Below are positions 51,051 to 61,062 of a stretch of DNA of 64,000 bases, one piece after another. This DNA comes from Flavobacteriales bacterium (GTDB lineage Bacteria > Bacteroidota > Bacteroidia > Flavobacteriales_F > PHOS-HE28). How positions within the stretch are numbered: position 1 is the first letter of the stretch; the number at the start of each line of letters is the position of its first letter. Location: the NCBI GenBank assembly GCA_016705545.1, contig JADIYA010000007.1, positions 163,728-227,727 on the forward strand. The letters are read 5' to 3'. A model generated the notes under the pieces. It worked only from the letters and a program-made list of their open reading frames with translations. It made no database searches and was not told the DNA's origin. Position numbers and translations under genes: made by a program.

Positions 51051-52097
51051 TTAGGCCCCCAGCACCCCGCACAGATGCCACAGCAGACGTGCACCCACGT
51101 TGGCATCCCATTCATCCTTGCCGGGGCTCACCTCCACGAGATCGAAGCCGATGATGGTGCGCTTGGCGGCGAGGCGAGAGAGCAGATAGGTGGCTTCTTC
51201 GAAGGCGAGACCGCCCGGCACCGGCGTGCCCGTGTTTGGGCATAGCGTGGGGTCGAGCCCGTCGATGTCGAAGCTGATGTGCACCTTCTCCGGCAATGCG
51301 TTGATGATGGCCTCGCATTGCTGTTGCCAAGTAGCGCCTTCGAACTGCATGGCGCGGATGTCGGCGCTGCGCACAACGCGCACGCGGTCCTTCTGCTTCA
51401 GGAAGACATCGTTCTCCTGTTGGCAGAAGTCGCGGATGCCCACGCTCACGATGCGCTCCAGCTGCGGCAGCGCGAGCGCGTTGTGCATGATGCTGGCGTG
51501 GCTGTACAGGAAGCCTTCGTAGGCGATGCGCAGGTCGAGGTGCGCATCGATGTGCAGAATGCCGAATTTCTTGTGGCGCTTGGCCTGTGCGCGGAGGAGG
51601 CCGAGCGGCGTGCTGTGATCGCCGCCCACGAGGCCAACCCGTTTTCCCTTCTTCAACCAGTAGGCGCAGCGCTCCTCCACCCAATCGTTCATCACAGCGC
51701 ATTCCTCATTGATGAGCACCATGGCCTCGGCGGCTTTGGCGAGCTTTTTCGGACTCGTTTCGCCGGTCTGCGTCTCAATCACGAGCGCGGCGAGCTTCTT
51801 CAGGGTGGCGCTCTGCTGCTTCAAGGCCTTGGGTACTTCATCCATGGCGATGCCGCGTTTCCATAGCCCGGGGAACTCCGGATGGAATAGGTCCACTTGC
51901 AGGCTGGCTTCCCGGATGGCCTGGGGGCCCCGCGAGCATCCGCCGCCGTAGCTGGTGGTCACTTCCCACGGCACGGGCACGAGCACGATATCGGCCTCTT
52001 CGCAGGTGAAGGGCAGGCCGTAGATCTGCGCGCTGGGGTCAGCGGGGCTGTTCGGGTCGAAGGACTTGGTCTTGGCGGTCTTGCTCATGGCGGCCAA
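51051..52097 (-). CDS. Arginase/agmatinase/formiminoglutamase family protein (ureohydrolase).
   Basis: A 348-aa protein with Mn-binding motifs GGDHSTPLGL, ILHIDAHLDLR and SFDIDGLDP. Confidence 0.85.
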   Translation of the reverse strand: MAAMSKTAKTKSFDPNSPADPSAQIYGLPFTCEEADIVLVPVPWEVTTSYGGGCSRGPQAIREASLQVDLFHPEFPGLWKRGIAMDEVPKALKQQSATLKKLAALVIETQTGETSPKKLAKAAEAMVLINEECAVMNDWVEERCAYWLKKGKRVGLVGGDHSTPLGLLRAQAKRHKKFGILHIDAHLDLRIAYEGFLYSHASIMHNALALPQLERIVSVGIRDFCQQENDVFLKQKDRVRVVRSADIRAMQFEGATWQQQCEAIINALPEKVHISFDIDGLDPTLCPNTGTPVPGGLAFEEATYLLSRLAAKRTIIGFDLVEVSPGKDEWDANVGARLLWHLCGVLGA

Positions 52098-52112
52098 GGT
52101 AGGATCATGGCG

Positions 52113-52580
52113 TTACCTCAATCGGTCCGCGCTGCGCACCAATTCCTCATCCTTCCGGATGGCCCGTTCGGCCAGCATGCCGAACACGATCACCGCCACC
52201 GGCAGGAAGAACGAGACTCCGTAACGCCCTTGAGCTCCTACGCCCAAATAAGCATCGATGGAATTGCAGGAGATGAACTGCAACACGCCTGTGAGCAGCG
52301 CTACCATCCACCCACCGCGCACGAGCCTTGCCTGACGCATTCGGTTCCTGAAGAGGAAGACCGCGGCCAGCAACACCAGCGCTACCGCGGAATGCAGAAC
52401 GGCATACGGTATCGGCAGGCCGATGTCCAGGATCTCGGTGCCATCAGAGGTTCTCATTCCCGAAACAAAGAAGCGCGCCTCCGATTCGCCCAGAGACCAC
52501 GAACGGACAGGAAAGAACCACGTGGCACCGCTGGATAGAGCGGCTAAGAAGAGGAAAGCGGATTGGATGCGCTGGATCAT
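52113..52580 (-). CDS. Hypothetical integral membrane protein; family not confidently identified.
   Basis: Internal ATG at 52580 (MIQRIQSAFLFLAALSSGATWFF...). Four predicted TM helices. Confidence 0.5.
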   Translation of the reverse strand: MIQRIQSAFLFLAALSSGATWFFPVRSWSLGESEARFFVSGMRTSDGTEILDIGLPIPYAVLHSAVALVLLAAVFLFRNRMRQARLVRGGWMVALLTGVLQFISCNSIDAYLGVGAQGRYGVSFFLPVAVIVFGMLAERAIRKDEELVRSADRLR

Positions 52581-52776
52581 GTGAAGAACCGGTGGGCAAA
52601 GATGCTCCCGACCGGGCTTGCGCATATCGGGGATCCGCTTACGTTTGCGCCGTACTGCATCAACGGGCTCCGTTCGGAGCCTGTGACCCGACTGAAATCT
52701 TACCGGATCGCATGAGGCCCTGAAGGGCTTTCCGCATGGCGCAATGGCGCCACTCCATTCACACTACCGCACGCAT

Positions 52777-54599
52777 ATGCACGACCAAGAGGCGCTCAGC
52801 GCCATGAAGCTCGCTGAGCTGAAGGACATCGCGAAGAAGCTAGGCCTGAAGAAGACCGACACCCTGAAGAAGCAGGACCTGGTGGCCAAGATCCTGGAGG
52901 CCCAAGCTTCCAAAAAGGGCGAAGGGGAAAAGGCCATTGGCCCAGCCTTCCGCGGCGACGATAAGGACCTCACCGACCTAGCCACTTCGGACGAACCCAG
53001 CGTTGTAGAGGATCCCGAACCGGAGCCTACGACCATGGGCGATGACCATGACGACGACGAGGAGGACGGTGATGACGATGAGGAGGACGATGATGACGAG
53101 GACGAGGACGAGACCAGCGAAACGGACGTGAAGGCTGCTTCCGGCGCCCCTCCACCGCCTCCAGAGGCTCCATCCGGTCAGAATCCGAACCGCGAGACCC
53201 GGCAGGACCGTTGGCGAGATCGTCGCGAGCGTCAACGGCAGGAGCGTCAACAAGGAGGCGAACAACGTCCGGCGCAGGAGCAGCGCCCGCAGCAGGAACC
53301 CCGCTCCAGAACAGGGCGATCGCCCACGCGAGGATCGGCGCGATGACGCCGCGACGACCGGCGCGATGATCGCCGCGAACCGCGCCAGGACCGTCCGCAA
53401 GGCAATGGCGGAGAGCAGCGGGTCGACCAACGCGGCGATCAGCAGCGGCAGGACCGCCCTTTCCAGCCGCCGCGCGAGCAGGTCACCTTCGACGCCTTCG
53501 TGGAATGCGAAGGCGTGCTGGAAGTGATGCCCGAAGGCTATGGCTTCCTGCGCAGCAGCGACTACAACTACCTCGCATCGCCGGACGATGTGTACGTGAC
53601 GCAGCAGATCATCAAGCGCTGGCCTGAAGCTCGGCGACACGGTGAGCGGCTTCGTGCGCCCGCCACGCGAGGAGGACAAGTTCTTCCCGCTGGTGAAGAT
53701 CGATCGGATCAACGGCCGCGATCCCGAATGGGTCCGCGACCGTGTCCCCTTCAAGTTCCTAACCCCCTGTTCCCCGACGAGAAATTCACCTCGCCGCCAA
53801 GGACACCAACATCAGCATGCGCGTGCTCGACCTCTTCGCGCCCATCGGCAAGGGACAGCGCGGCTTGATCGTGGCTCAGCCCAAGACCGGCAAGACCGTG
53901 CTGCTGAAGGACGTGGCCAACGCCATCGCCGCGAATCATCCGGAAGCGTACCTGATCGTGCTGCTCATCGATGAGCGCCCGGAGGAAGTGACCGACATGG
54001 CCCGCAGCGTGAAGGCCGAAGTGATCGCGAGCACCTTCGACGAACCCGCCTCACGCCACGTGGCGGTCGCCGGCATCGTGCTGGAAAAAGCGAAGGCGCT
54101 CACGGAATGTGGTCACGATGTGGTGATCCTGCTCGACTCCATCACGCGCCTGGCCCGCGCCTACAACACCGTGCAACCGGCCAGCGGCAAGATCCTCAGC
54201 GGTGGTGTGGACGCGAACGCGCTGCAGAAGCCCAAGCGCTTCTTCGGAGCCGCGCGGAAGATCGAGAACGGCGGCTCACTCACCATCCTCGCCACCGCTC
54301 TGGTCGATACCGGCAGCAAGATGGACGAGGTGATCTTCGAGGAGTTCAAGGGCACGGGCAACATGGAACTCGTGCTCGACCGGAAGATCAGCAACCGCCG
54401 CATCTTCCCCGCCATCGACATCATGAGCAGCGGTACCCGCCGCGACGATCTGCTGCACCACAAGGAAGTCCTCCAACGCACGTGGATCCTGCGCAAGCAC
54501 CTCGCCGACATGAACCCCGTTGAAGCCATGGAGTTCGTGAAGAAGCACATGGAGGGTACGAAGAGCAACGAGGAGTTCCTGGTCTGGATGAATGGTTGA
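52777..54599 (+). CDS. rho: Transcription termination factor Rho with a long low-complexity N-terminal insertion (acidic, then R/Q/D-rich). An in-frame TGA at 53344 and at least three indels interrupt the frame.
   Basis: N-terminus [43 protein letters not shown]. Insertion: ...[21 protein letters not shown]...[18 protein letters not shown]...[21 protein letters not shown]-binding OB region [34 protein letters not shown]. ATPase core 53817..54599: [32 protein letters not shown]...[16 protein letters not shown]. The frame switches near 53619 (extra t) and at about 53766 and 53784 (C-run deletions). Confidence 0.9.
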
Positions 54600-54747
54600 G
54601 GGTGATGACGGTTGCGCGCGAAGCCGCCGTTCGTCGACCTAGGGGCGGGGAGCCAGGAATGCGGCTTCGTGGTCTTGGCTGTTCGCATCGTCGTCATCGC
54701 TTTGCGATTGCCCACGGCCTGATGCCGCGCCACAGGGTGCCGATTTC

Positions 54748-55137
54748 ATGCTGGTGCATTTCCTGGCGATCGTGACCGTGGTCTTCTTCAATCAGCTGCG
54801 CTTCCTGCGCAAGGCGAAGGAAGACGCCGGATTCCCACATCTGGTGCGCGAGGGATTCAAGGGCGCTGCGATCTACGCGCTGATCATGCTGCTCTTCCTC
54901 TGGTGGTACTACCATGCCATCGAGACGGACGCCTTCGAGCGGCGGGTGGAGCAACTCGTGTTCAGTGCTGTTGAAGAAGGACAGGAGGAGCTTCGGGTGC
55001 GCCCGATGATCATGCGCTTCTTCACTCCATTCAACTACGCGAGCATGAGCTTCTTCGCGCTCCTGGCGGCAGGGGTCGCGAACGCGCTCATCATCGGTGC
55101 CATCCACCACAAGATCCTGCGCCGCGCTATGCGGTGA
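54748..55137 (+). CDS. Hypothetical small membrane protein; family uncertain.
   Basis: A 129-aa protein with three predicted TM helices (MLVHFLAIVTVVFF, AAIYALIMLLFLWWYY, FFALLAAGVANALIIGAI). Confidence 0.5.
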   Translation: MLVHFLAIVTVVFFNQLRFLRKAKEDAGFPHLVREGFKGAAIYALIMLLFLWWYYHAIETDAFERRVEQLVFSAVEEGQEELRVRPMIMRFFTPFNYASMSFFALLAAGVANALIIGAIHHKILRRAMR

Positions 55138-56497
55138 AGGCCTCGCTGAGCGCCTGCAGGTCCAGTCCTCCGAAATTGCCGCTGCTCATCATCAAGAGCA
55201 CGCTGTCCCCTCCGATGCCCTTGCGCACCTCGCCCATCACGGCAATGGGGTCGTTGAGCACGATGAGGTCCTCGCGTGCGAAGGCACGCTTCACGCGCTC
55301 CACAGGGATCGGCGGCAGGCGCTTGAGTTCCACCGCATGCGGGTCGTAGAAAACGATGGCATGATCCGCCGCGTCCATGCAGCCGGCGTATTGGTCGATG
55401 AAGCCCTCGTTGAGGCTGCTGTAGGTGTGCAGCTCCATGCAGGCCACCAAGCGGCGATCAGGGAATTGCTCGCGCACGGCTTCCAAGGTGGCTTTCAACT
55501 TGCTCGGTGAATGCGCGAAATCCTTGAAGACGATGCGACCCGGGGACTCAGCCAGCTTCTCCAGCCGCTTTGCCGCTCCGTGGAAGGTGCCGATCGCCGC
55601 ATGGAACTCCTTTTCGCCGATGCCGAGCAGATGGCACACATGGCGCGCACCCTCGAGGTTCTGCAGGTTGTGCTTGCCGAAGACCTGCAGCGGGACATCG
55701 CCATGCGCGGTCTCGAGAATGGTGACGCCATCGACGATGCGATGCTTCGGCACGCCGTAGCCCACGCGCTGCGCCTTCACTTCTTTCTCCTCCCCCGCTT
55801 CCCTTACCGTGCCATCTTCCGTGCAATACACCAGCTTGCCGCCAGGCTCAATGCAGGCGATGAACTTGCGGAACTGGTCCACGTAGCTCTCGAAGGTCTT
55901 GAACACGTTCACATGATCCCATGCGATCCCGCTGATGAGCGCGATGTCCGGCTTGTACAGGTGGAACTTGGGTACCGGTTCCAAGGCAGAAGCGAGGTAC
56001 TCATCGCCCTCGATGATGGCCACCCGGCTGCTGTCGCTGAGCTTCACCATGCAATCGAAGCCGTCGAGTTGCGCGCCAACGAGGTAGTCGAATTCCACTT
56101 GGGCGTGGCGCAGCACATGCACGATCATGCTGGTGATGGTGGTCTTGCCGTGGCTCCCGCCGATCACCACACGGGTCTTGCTCTTGGTGCGCTCGTAGAA
56201 GTATGAGGGGTAGCTATAAACGGGGATGCCCAGTTCCTGGGCTCGCTTCAGTTCAGGATTGTCGATGCGGGCGTGCATGCCGAGGATCACGGCGTCAATC
56301 TCCTTGGTGATGTCCTCCGGATGCCAGCCGAGCCGATCGGGCAAGAGGCCAAGGCGATCCAATCGGCTGCGGCTGGGCTCGAAGATCTCATCGTCGCTGC
56401 CGGTGATGTCGAAGCCCTGGCGATGCAGCGCGATGGCCAGATTGTGCATGGCGCTGCCGCCGATGGCGATGAAGTGGAGGCGTTTAGGGGGGGGCAT
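55127..56497 (-). CDS. mpl: UDP-N-acetylmuramate:L-alanyl-gamma-D-glutamyl-meso-diaminopimelate ligase (Mpl) / Mur ligase family protein.
   Basis: Start MPPPKRLHFIAIGGSAMHNLAIAL. Mur ligase motifs GSHGKTTITSM and DEYLAS, plus a C-terminal domain. It lacks the MurC-specific N-terminal extension, which is consistent with Mpl. Confidence 0.75.
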   Translation of the reverse strand: MPPPKRLHFIAIGGSAMHNLAIALHRQGFDITGSDDEIFEPSRSRLDRLGLLPDRLGWHPEDITKEIDAVILGMHARIDNPELKRAQELGIPVYSYPSYFYERTKSKTRVVIGGSHGKTTITSMIVHVLRHAQVEFDYLVGAQLDGFDCMVKLSDSSRVAIIEGDEYLASALEPVPKFHLYKPDIALISGIAWDHVNVFKTFESYVDQFRKFIACIEPGGKLVYCTEDGTVREAGEEKEVKAQRVGYGVPKHRIVDGVTILETAHGDVPLQVFGKHNLQNLEGARHVCHLLGIGEKEFHAAIGTFHGAAKRLEKLAESPGRIVFKDFAHSPSKLKATLEAVREQFPDRRLVACMELHTYSSLNEGFIDQYAGCMDAADHAIVFYDPHAVELKRLPPIPVERVKRAFAREDLIVLNDPIAVMGEVRKGIGGDSVLLMMSSGNFGGLDLQALSEAFTA

Positions 56498-56611
56498 CTT
56501 CTCAAAGGCCAAGTGAGCATGTGCAACCGACCTCGCCGCGAAGCTGCGTGACACTGCGCAAGAGGAACTGCTCCGCGATGAATGATCGTGAACGATTCCG
56601 TGTGGAATGCG

Positions 56612-56770
56612 CTAGGACTTCACCAGCACCACTCTGCCATCGCGCATGAGGGCGATGGCAGTCCCATGCAGCTTGGCATCCATCCGGGCTGCTTTCGCGG
56701 CCCGTCGCATGGCCCGCCCGACTATCGCCGCGAACGTTTCCTGCTTCTTGGCGCGCTTGCGCTTTGCCAT
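56612..56770 (-). CDS. Possible small basic protein (52 aa). It is absent from the ORF track because it is under 60 aa.
   Basis: The reverse strand reads ATG MAKRKRAKKQETFAAIVGRAMRRAAKAARMDAKLHGTAIALMRDGRVVLVKS TAG. It occupies the otherwise empty intergenic space between mpl and the MBL hydrolase. No family recognised. Confidence 0.3.
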   Translation of the reverse strand: MAKRKRAKKQETFAAIVGRAMRRAAKAARMDAKLHGTAIALMRDGRVVLVKS

Positions 56771-56817
56771 GGCTGGTTAAGGTGCATCCTCCATTCAGCC
56801 GAGCGATCTTCGCCCCT

Positions 56818-57681
56818 ATGACCCTTCACCCCATCGACACGGGCTTCTTCAAGCTCGACGGCGGCGCCATGTTCGGCGTGGTGCCCAAGACCCTCTGGAG
56901 CAAGCACCATCCGCCGGATGAGAAGAACCTCTGCACCTGGGCCATGCGCTGCCTGCTGGTGGAGGATGGCCAGCGCCTCTTCCTCATCGACAACGGCATC
57001 GGCGATAAGCAGGAAGCGCACTTCTTCAGCCACTACGACTTGCATGGCGACGACACGCTCGTAGGCTCCCTGCACAAGGCCGGGTTCAGCAAGGACGATG
57101 TGACCGACGTCTTCCTCACGCACCTGCACTTCGATCATTGCGGCGGCAGCATCATGCGCGAGGGCGACAAGCTCATCCCTGCATTCCGCAATGCGAGGTA
57201 TTGGAGCAACGAGCACCACTGGGCCTGGGCCACACGGCCCAATCCACGCGAAAAGGCCAGCTTCCTCAAGGAGAACATCCTGCCCATCAAAGAGAGCGGG
57301 CAACTGGAGTTCGTGCCCGTGGGGCGCCGCAGCGAAGAAGAGAACGTTTACCTGAAGGAGGTCTTCCCTGCATTCGATGTGTTCCTGGTGAATGGCCACA
57401 CCGATGCGATGATGATCCCGCACATCCGGTACAAGGGACGCACCATCGCATACATGGCCGACCTATTGCCGAGCATCCACCATATCCCGCTGCCGTGGGT
57501 GATGGCCTACGATACGCGCCCGCTGCTCACCATGCAGGAGAAGTCCGATTTCCTCGGAGTGGCCGCCGACGAGGGCATCGTGCTCTTCTTCGAGCACGAC
57601 CCCGTGAACCAGTGCTGCACCGTGGAGCGCACGGAGAAAGGCGTTCGACTGAAGGAGGCGTTCCCCTTGAGCGCTTTGTGA
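56818..57681 (+). CDS. MBL-fold metallo-hydrolase.
   Basis: The HxHxDH motif THLHFDHCGG and downstream His/Asp ligands (NGHTDAMM). Start at the internal ATG 56818 (MTLHPIDTGFFKLDGG). Confidence 0.8.
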   Translation: MTLHPIDTGFFKLDGGAMFGVVPKTLWSKHHPPDEKNLCTWAMRCLLVEDGQRLFLIDNGIGDKQEAHFFSHYDLHGDDTLVGSLHKAGFSKDDVTDVFLTHLHFDHCGGSIMREGDKLIPAFRNARYWSNEHHWAWATRPNPREKASFLKENILPIKESGQLEFVPVGRRSEEENVYLKEVFPAFDVFLVNGHTDAMMIPHIRYKGRTIAYMADLLPSIHHIPLPWVMAYDTRPLLTMQEKSDFLGVAADEGIVLFFEHDPVNQCCTVERTEKGVRLKEAFPLSAL

Positions 57682-57917
57682 GCTGCTCTGTTTCGAGCAT
57701 CGGCCGGGACGAAGACTGCGCCGGGTCACAGCCACGGTTGATAACTTGACGGGTATTCCGTCGCGAAGATTCCGGGAAACAGGCCATATACTTGTGCCGG
57801 ATAATCGGCCAAGACCATGACGGATACCCTGGCATTGGTACCGTGTGCCGGCTTAATAACTCGCCATATCCCTCTAGCCCCCATCCTGCTTCAGACCAAC
57901 CTTCAACCTCCTTGACC

Positions 57918-58745
57918 ATGGCAAACACAGTCTTCGGCAGCAACATCAAGCTCCTGCGCACCCGACGCGGCCGATCACAGGAGGAAGTGGCGGTCGCGCT
58001 CGACGTGAAGCGATCGAGCTACAGCGGCTATGAGAACGGCAGCGCCGAGCCCACCTTCGAACTGCTTGTGCGCATGAGCGAGTACTACAAGCTCAGCATC
58101 GATAAGCTCTTGCGCGACGACCTCACCGCCTTGAGCGAGAGCCAACTGGGCATTCTGGAGCGCGGCGGCGACATCGACCTCAGCGGCCGGCGCCTGCGCG
58201 TGCTGGCCACCACGGTGGATAAGAACGACCGCGAGAACGTGGAACTCGTGCCCGAGAAGGCCAAGGCCGGCTATGCGTTGGGCTACGCCGATCCGGAGTA
58301 CATCAGCATCCTGCCCACCTTCCAGATGCCCTTCCTGGCCAAGGACCGCAAGTACCGCACCTTCCAGATCAGCGGCGACAGCATGCCACCCGTAGCCGAC
58401 GGTTCATGGGTGACCGGCGAGTACGTGCAGAACTGGCAGGCGCTGCGCGACGGCCAGCCCTACATCGTGATCACCAAGGAGGACGGCATCGTCTTCAAGG
58501 TCGTTTACAACCAGCTGAAGGAGAAGGGCTCCTTGCTGCTGTGCAGCACCAATCCGCTCTATGCGCCCTACGAGGTGCAAGTGGCCAACGTGCTCGAGAT
58601 CTGGAAATTCACCCACTTCATCAGCGCCGAGCTGCCCGAGCCCAATATGAGCCGCGACGAGCTGGCCCGCAGCGTGATGGAACTGCGCAAGGAGGTGAGC
58701 CAGCTGCGGCTATCCATGGAGCAGCAGGGCCGGTTGGCGTTCTGA
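57918..58745 (+). CDS. XRE-family HTH transcriptional regulator fused to an S24 (LexA-like) peptidase domain.
   Basis: HTH: IKLLRTRRGRSQEEVAVALDVKRSSYSGYENGSAEPTFELLVRMSEYYKLSIDKLL. C-terminal S24 region ISGDSMPPVADGSWV...VFKVVYN, with a Ser/Lys dyad context. Confidence 0.75.
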   Translation: MANTVFGSNIKLLRTRRGRSQEEVAVALDVKRSSYSGYENGSAEPTFELLVRMSEYYKLSIDKLLRDDLTALSESQLGILERGGDIDLSGRRLRVLATTVDKNDRENVELVPEKAKAGYALGYADPEYISILPTFQMPFLAKDRKYRTFQISGDSMPPVADGSWVTGEYVQNWQALRDGQPYIVITKEDGIVFKVVYNQLKEKGSLLLCSTNPLYAPYEVQVANVLEIWKFTHFISAELPEPNMSRDELARSVMELRKEVSQLRLSMEQQGRLAF

Positions 58746-58896
58746 GCGGCTTCGGGGAAACCACGTGCGCCAACGCATTCCCGCAGGCCGGGACCCGTGT
58801 TGGCGCTTGGTCTTTTTTAACGGCGGAACCCGCATGCTCCCGCCAAAACCGAACGGTTACATTTGGCACCCTTTCAACGACCTTATCCTCAGGAGA

Positions 58897-61062
58897 ATGA
58901 CACCGAAGAAGCTCTTGGCCGCGGCGTTCTGTGGCCTCTGCATCACGAACGCCAACGCCCAGAACGGAAGCGCCGACCCCGTGCTGATGACCGTGGATCG
59001 CCAACCAGTGACCCGCGCGGAATTCGAGGCCATCTATAAGAAGAACAACAAAGAAGCCTCTGTGACCAAGGAGGCCCTCGACGAATACCTCGAGCTCTTC
59101 ATCAACTACAAACTGAAGGTGCGCGAAGCGGAGACCTTGGGCATGGACACCATCAGCAAGTTCCGCAATGAGCTCGATGGCTACCGCAAGCAATTGGCCC
59201 GCCCCTATCTGATCGACCGGGAGCTGAATGATGCGCTGATGCGCGAGGCCTATGACCGCAGCACGCAGGAGGTGCGCGCCAGCCACATCCTGCTGCAAGT
59301 GTCACCAGACGCCAGTCCGGAGGATACCATGGCTGTTTGGAAGCGCATCACGGCGCTACGCGACCGCATCGTGAAAGGCGAGGACTTCGCAACGGTGGCC
59401 AAAGGCGTGGGTGGCAGCGAGGACCCCAGCGCGCAGAAGAACGGTGGCGACTTGGGCTGGTTCAGTGCCTTGCAGATGGTTTATCCCTTCGAAAACGCAG
59501 CCTTCAGCACACCCGAAGGCACCGTGAGCCAACCGGTGCGCACGCGTTTCGGCTACCATGTGGTGAAAGTGACGGGACGCCGGCCCGCACGCGGCCAAAT
59601 GAAGGTGGCGCACATCATGCTGCGCAGCACTGATCAAGACAGCCCCGAGAAGCAGCAGAATGCCGAGCAACGCATCCGCGAGATCCACCGCCAACTCGCC
59701 TCGAATGCCATCACCTTCAGCGAGGCCGCACTCAAATACAGCGAGGACGAGAGCAGCAGCACCAAGGGCGGTGAACTGGCGCAGTTCGGCACCGGGAAGA
59801 TGATCGAGGAGTTCGAGGATGCCGCCTTCGCTTTGAAACAGCCGGGTCAGATGAGTGAGCCGATCAAGTCGCGCTTCGGCTGGCACATCATCCGCTGCAT
59901 CGAAGCCATTCCGCCACCTACTTACGACCAGGCCAAATCGGAGCTCAAGACCAAGATTGCCCGCGACAGCCCAGCGGAGATCACTCGCAAGGCCTTCATG
60001 GAGCGCCTGCGCAAGGAATACGCATTCACCACCTATCCGAAGAACTTCGACAAGGCCATCGCCCTGATCGACACCAACGTGTTCAAGAAGGGCACCGCCA
60101 CCACCGACACGATCATCCGCCGCCAATACGCCGAAGGGCCATTCACCAAGGGGAAGGGCAAGAAGGCCGTGCGCTACCGCCGCGAACTGGCGGGAGCCAT
60201 CATCGGTGGCCGCATGCTCGCTGCGAAGAGCCGTCCGTATGAGGAAATGACGCAGACCCTCGACGATACCGTGGTGGTGCGCGAAGTGATGGAAGGCTGG
60301 GCCTACGACCGAAAGAAAGCCGCGAAGCTCACCAAGCCGGTCTTCACCTTCGCCGGCGGCACCGTGAGCCAGCGCGACCTGCTCGACCAGATTGAATCGC
60401 GCCAGCGCCGAGAGCGCGTGCAAGCAATCCCTGGATATGCGAGTGCTCGCATGATGGAATACGCCGACGAGCGAATCCTGGCCTATGAGGACAGCAAGCT
60501 CGAGGAGAAGTACCCCGAGTTCCGCATGCTGATGAAGGAGTACCGCGATGGCATCCTCCTCTTCGAGCTCACCGACCAGAAGGTCTGGGGCAAGGCCGTA
60601 AAGGACAGCACAGGCCTCGGTGCCTTCCACAAGGCCAATTCGGATCGATTCATGTGGCCAACACGCTACGAATGCGACCTGTACGCCTGCGCAGATGCCG
60701 CCGTGAGCAAGCAGATGCGCGCCAACCTGAAGCGCGGAAAGCGCGGAAAGGACCTGATGGATATCGTGAACAAGTCGAACCCGCTCGCATTGAGCATCGA
60801 TGGCGGGATCTTCTCAGCCGAGGAGAAACCTTTCCTCGCAGGGCTGAGCGCCATCGGCCTGAGCAAGGACATCGCCTTCGAGGGCAAAGTGATGGTGGCC
60901 GATGTGAAGCGCATCCTGCAACCCGCACCCAAAGCGATTGACGAGGCGCGCGGCGTGATCACCGCAGCTTACCAGGACCACCTGGAGAAGGAATGGATAG
61001 GCGAATTGCGCGCGAAATACCCGGTCACGGTGGACAAGGCCGTGCTGTATTCCATCAAGTGA
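58897..61062 (+). CDS. PpiC-type peptidyl-prolyl cis-trans isomerase (large SurA-like periplasmic chaperone).
   Basis: Signal peptide MTPKKLLAAAFCGLCITNANAQ. Two parvulin domains: RASHILLQV...GGDLGWFSALQMVYPFENAAF...TRFGYHVVKV and KGGELAQFGTGKMIEEFEDAAF...SRFGWHIIRC. Confidence 0.85.
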   Translation: MTPKKLLAAAFCGLCITNANAQNGSADPVLMTVDRQPVTRAEFEAIYKKNNKEASVTKEALDEYLELFINYKLKVREAETLGMDTISKFRNELDGYRKQLARPYLIDRELNDALMREAYDRSTQEVRASHILLQVSPDASPEDTMAVWKRITALRDRIVKGEDFATVAKGVGGSEDPSAQKNGGDLGWFSALQMVYPFENAAFSTPEGTVSQPVRTRFGYHVVKVTGRRPARGQMKVAHIMLRSTDQDSPEKQQNAEQRIREIHRQLASNAITFSEAALKYSEDESSSTKGGELAQFGTGKMIEEFEDAAFALKQPGQMSEPIKSRFGWHIIRCIEAIPPPTYDQAKSELKTKIARDSPAEITRKAFMERLRKEYAFTTYPKNFDKAIALIDTNVFKKGTATTDTIIRRQYAEGPFTKGKGKKAVRYRRELAGAIIGGRMLAAKSRPYEEMTQTLDDTVVVREVMEGWAYDRKKAAKLTKPVFTFAGGTVSQRDLLDQIESRQRRERVQAIPGYASARMMEYADERILAYEDSKLEEKYPEFRMLMKEYRDGILLFELTDQKVWGKAVKDSTGLGAFHKANSDRFMWPTRYECDLYACADAAVSKQMRANLKRGKRGKDLMDIVNKSNPLALSIDGGIFSAEEKPFLAGLSAIGLSKDIAFEGKVMVADVKRILQPAPKAIDEARGVITAAYQDHLEKEWIGELRAKYPVTVDKAVLYSIK

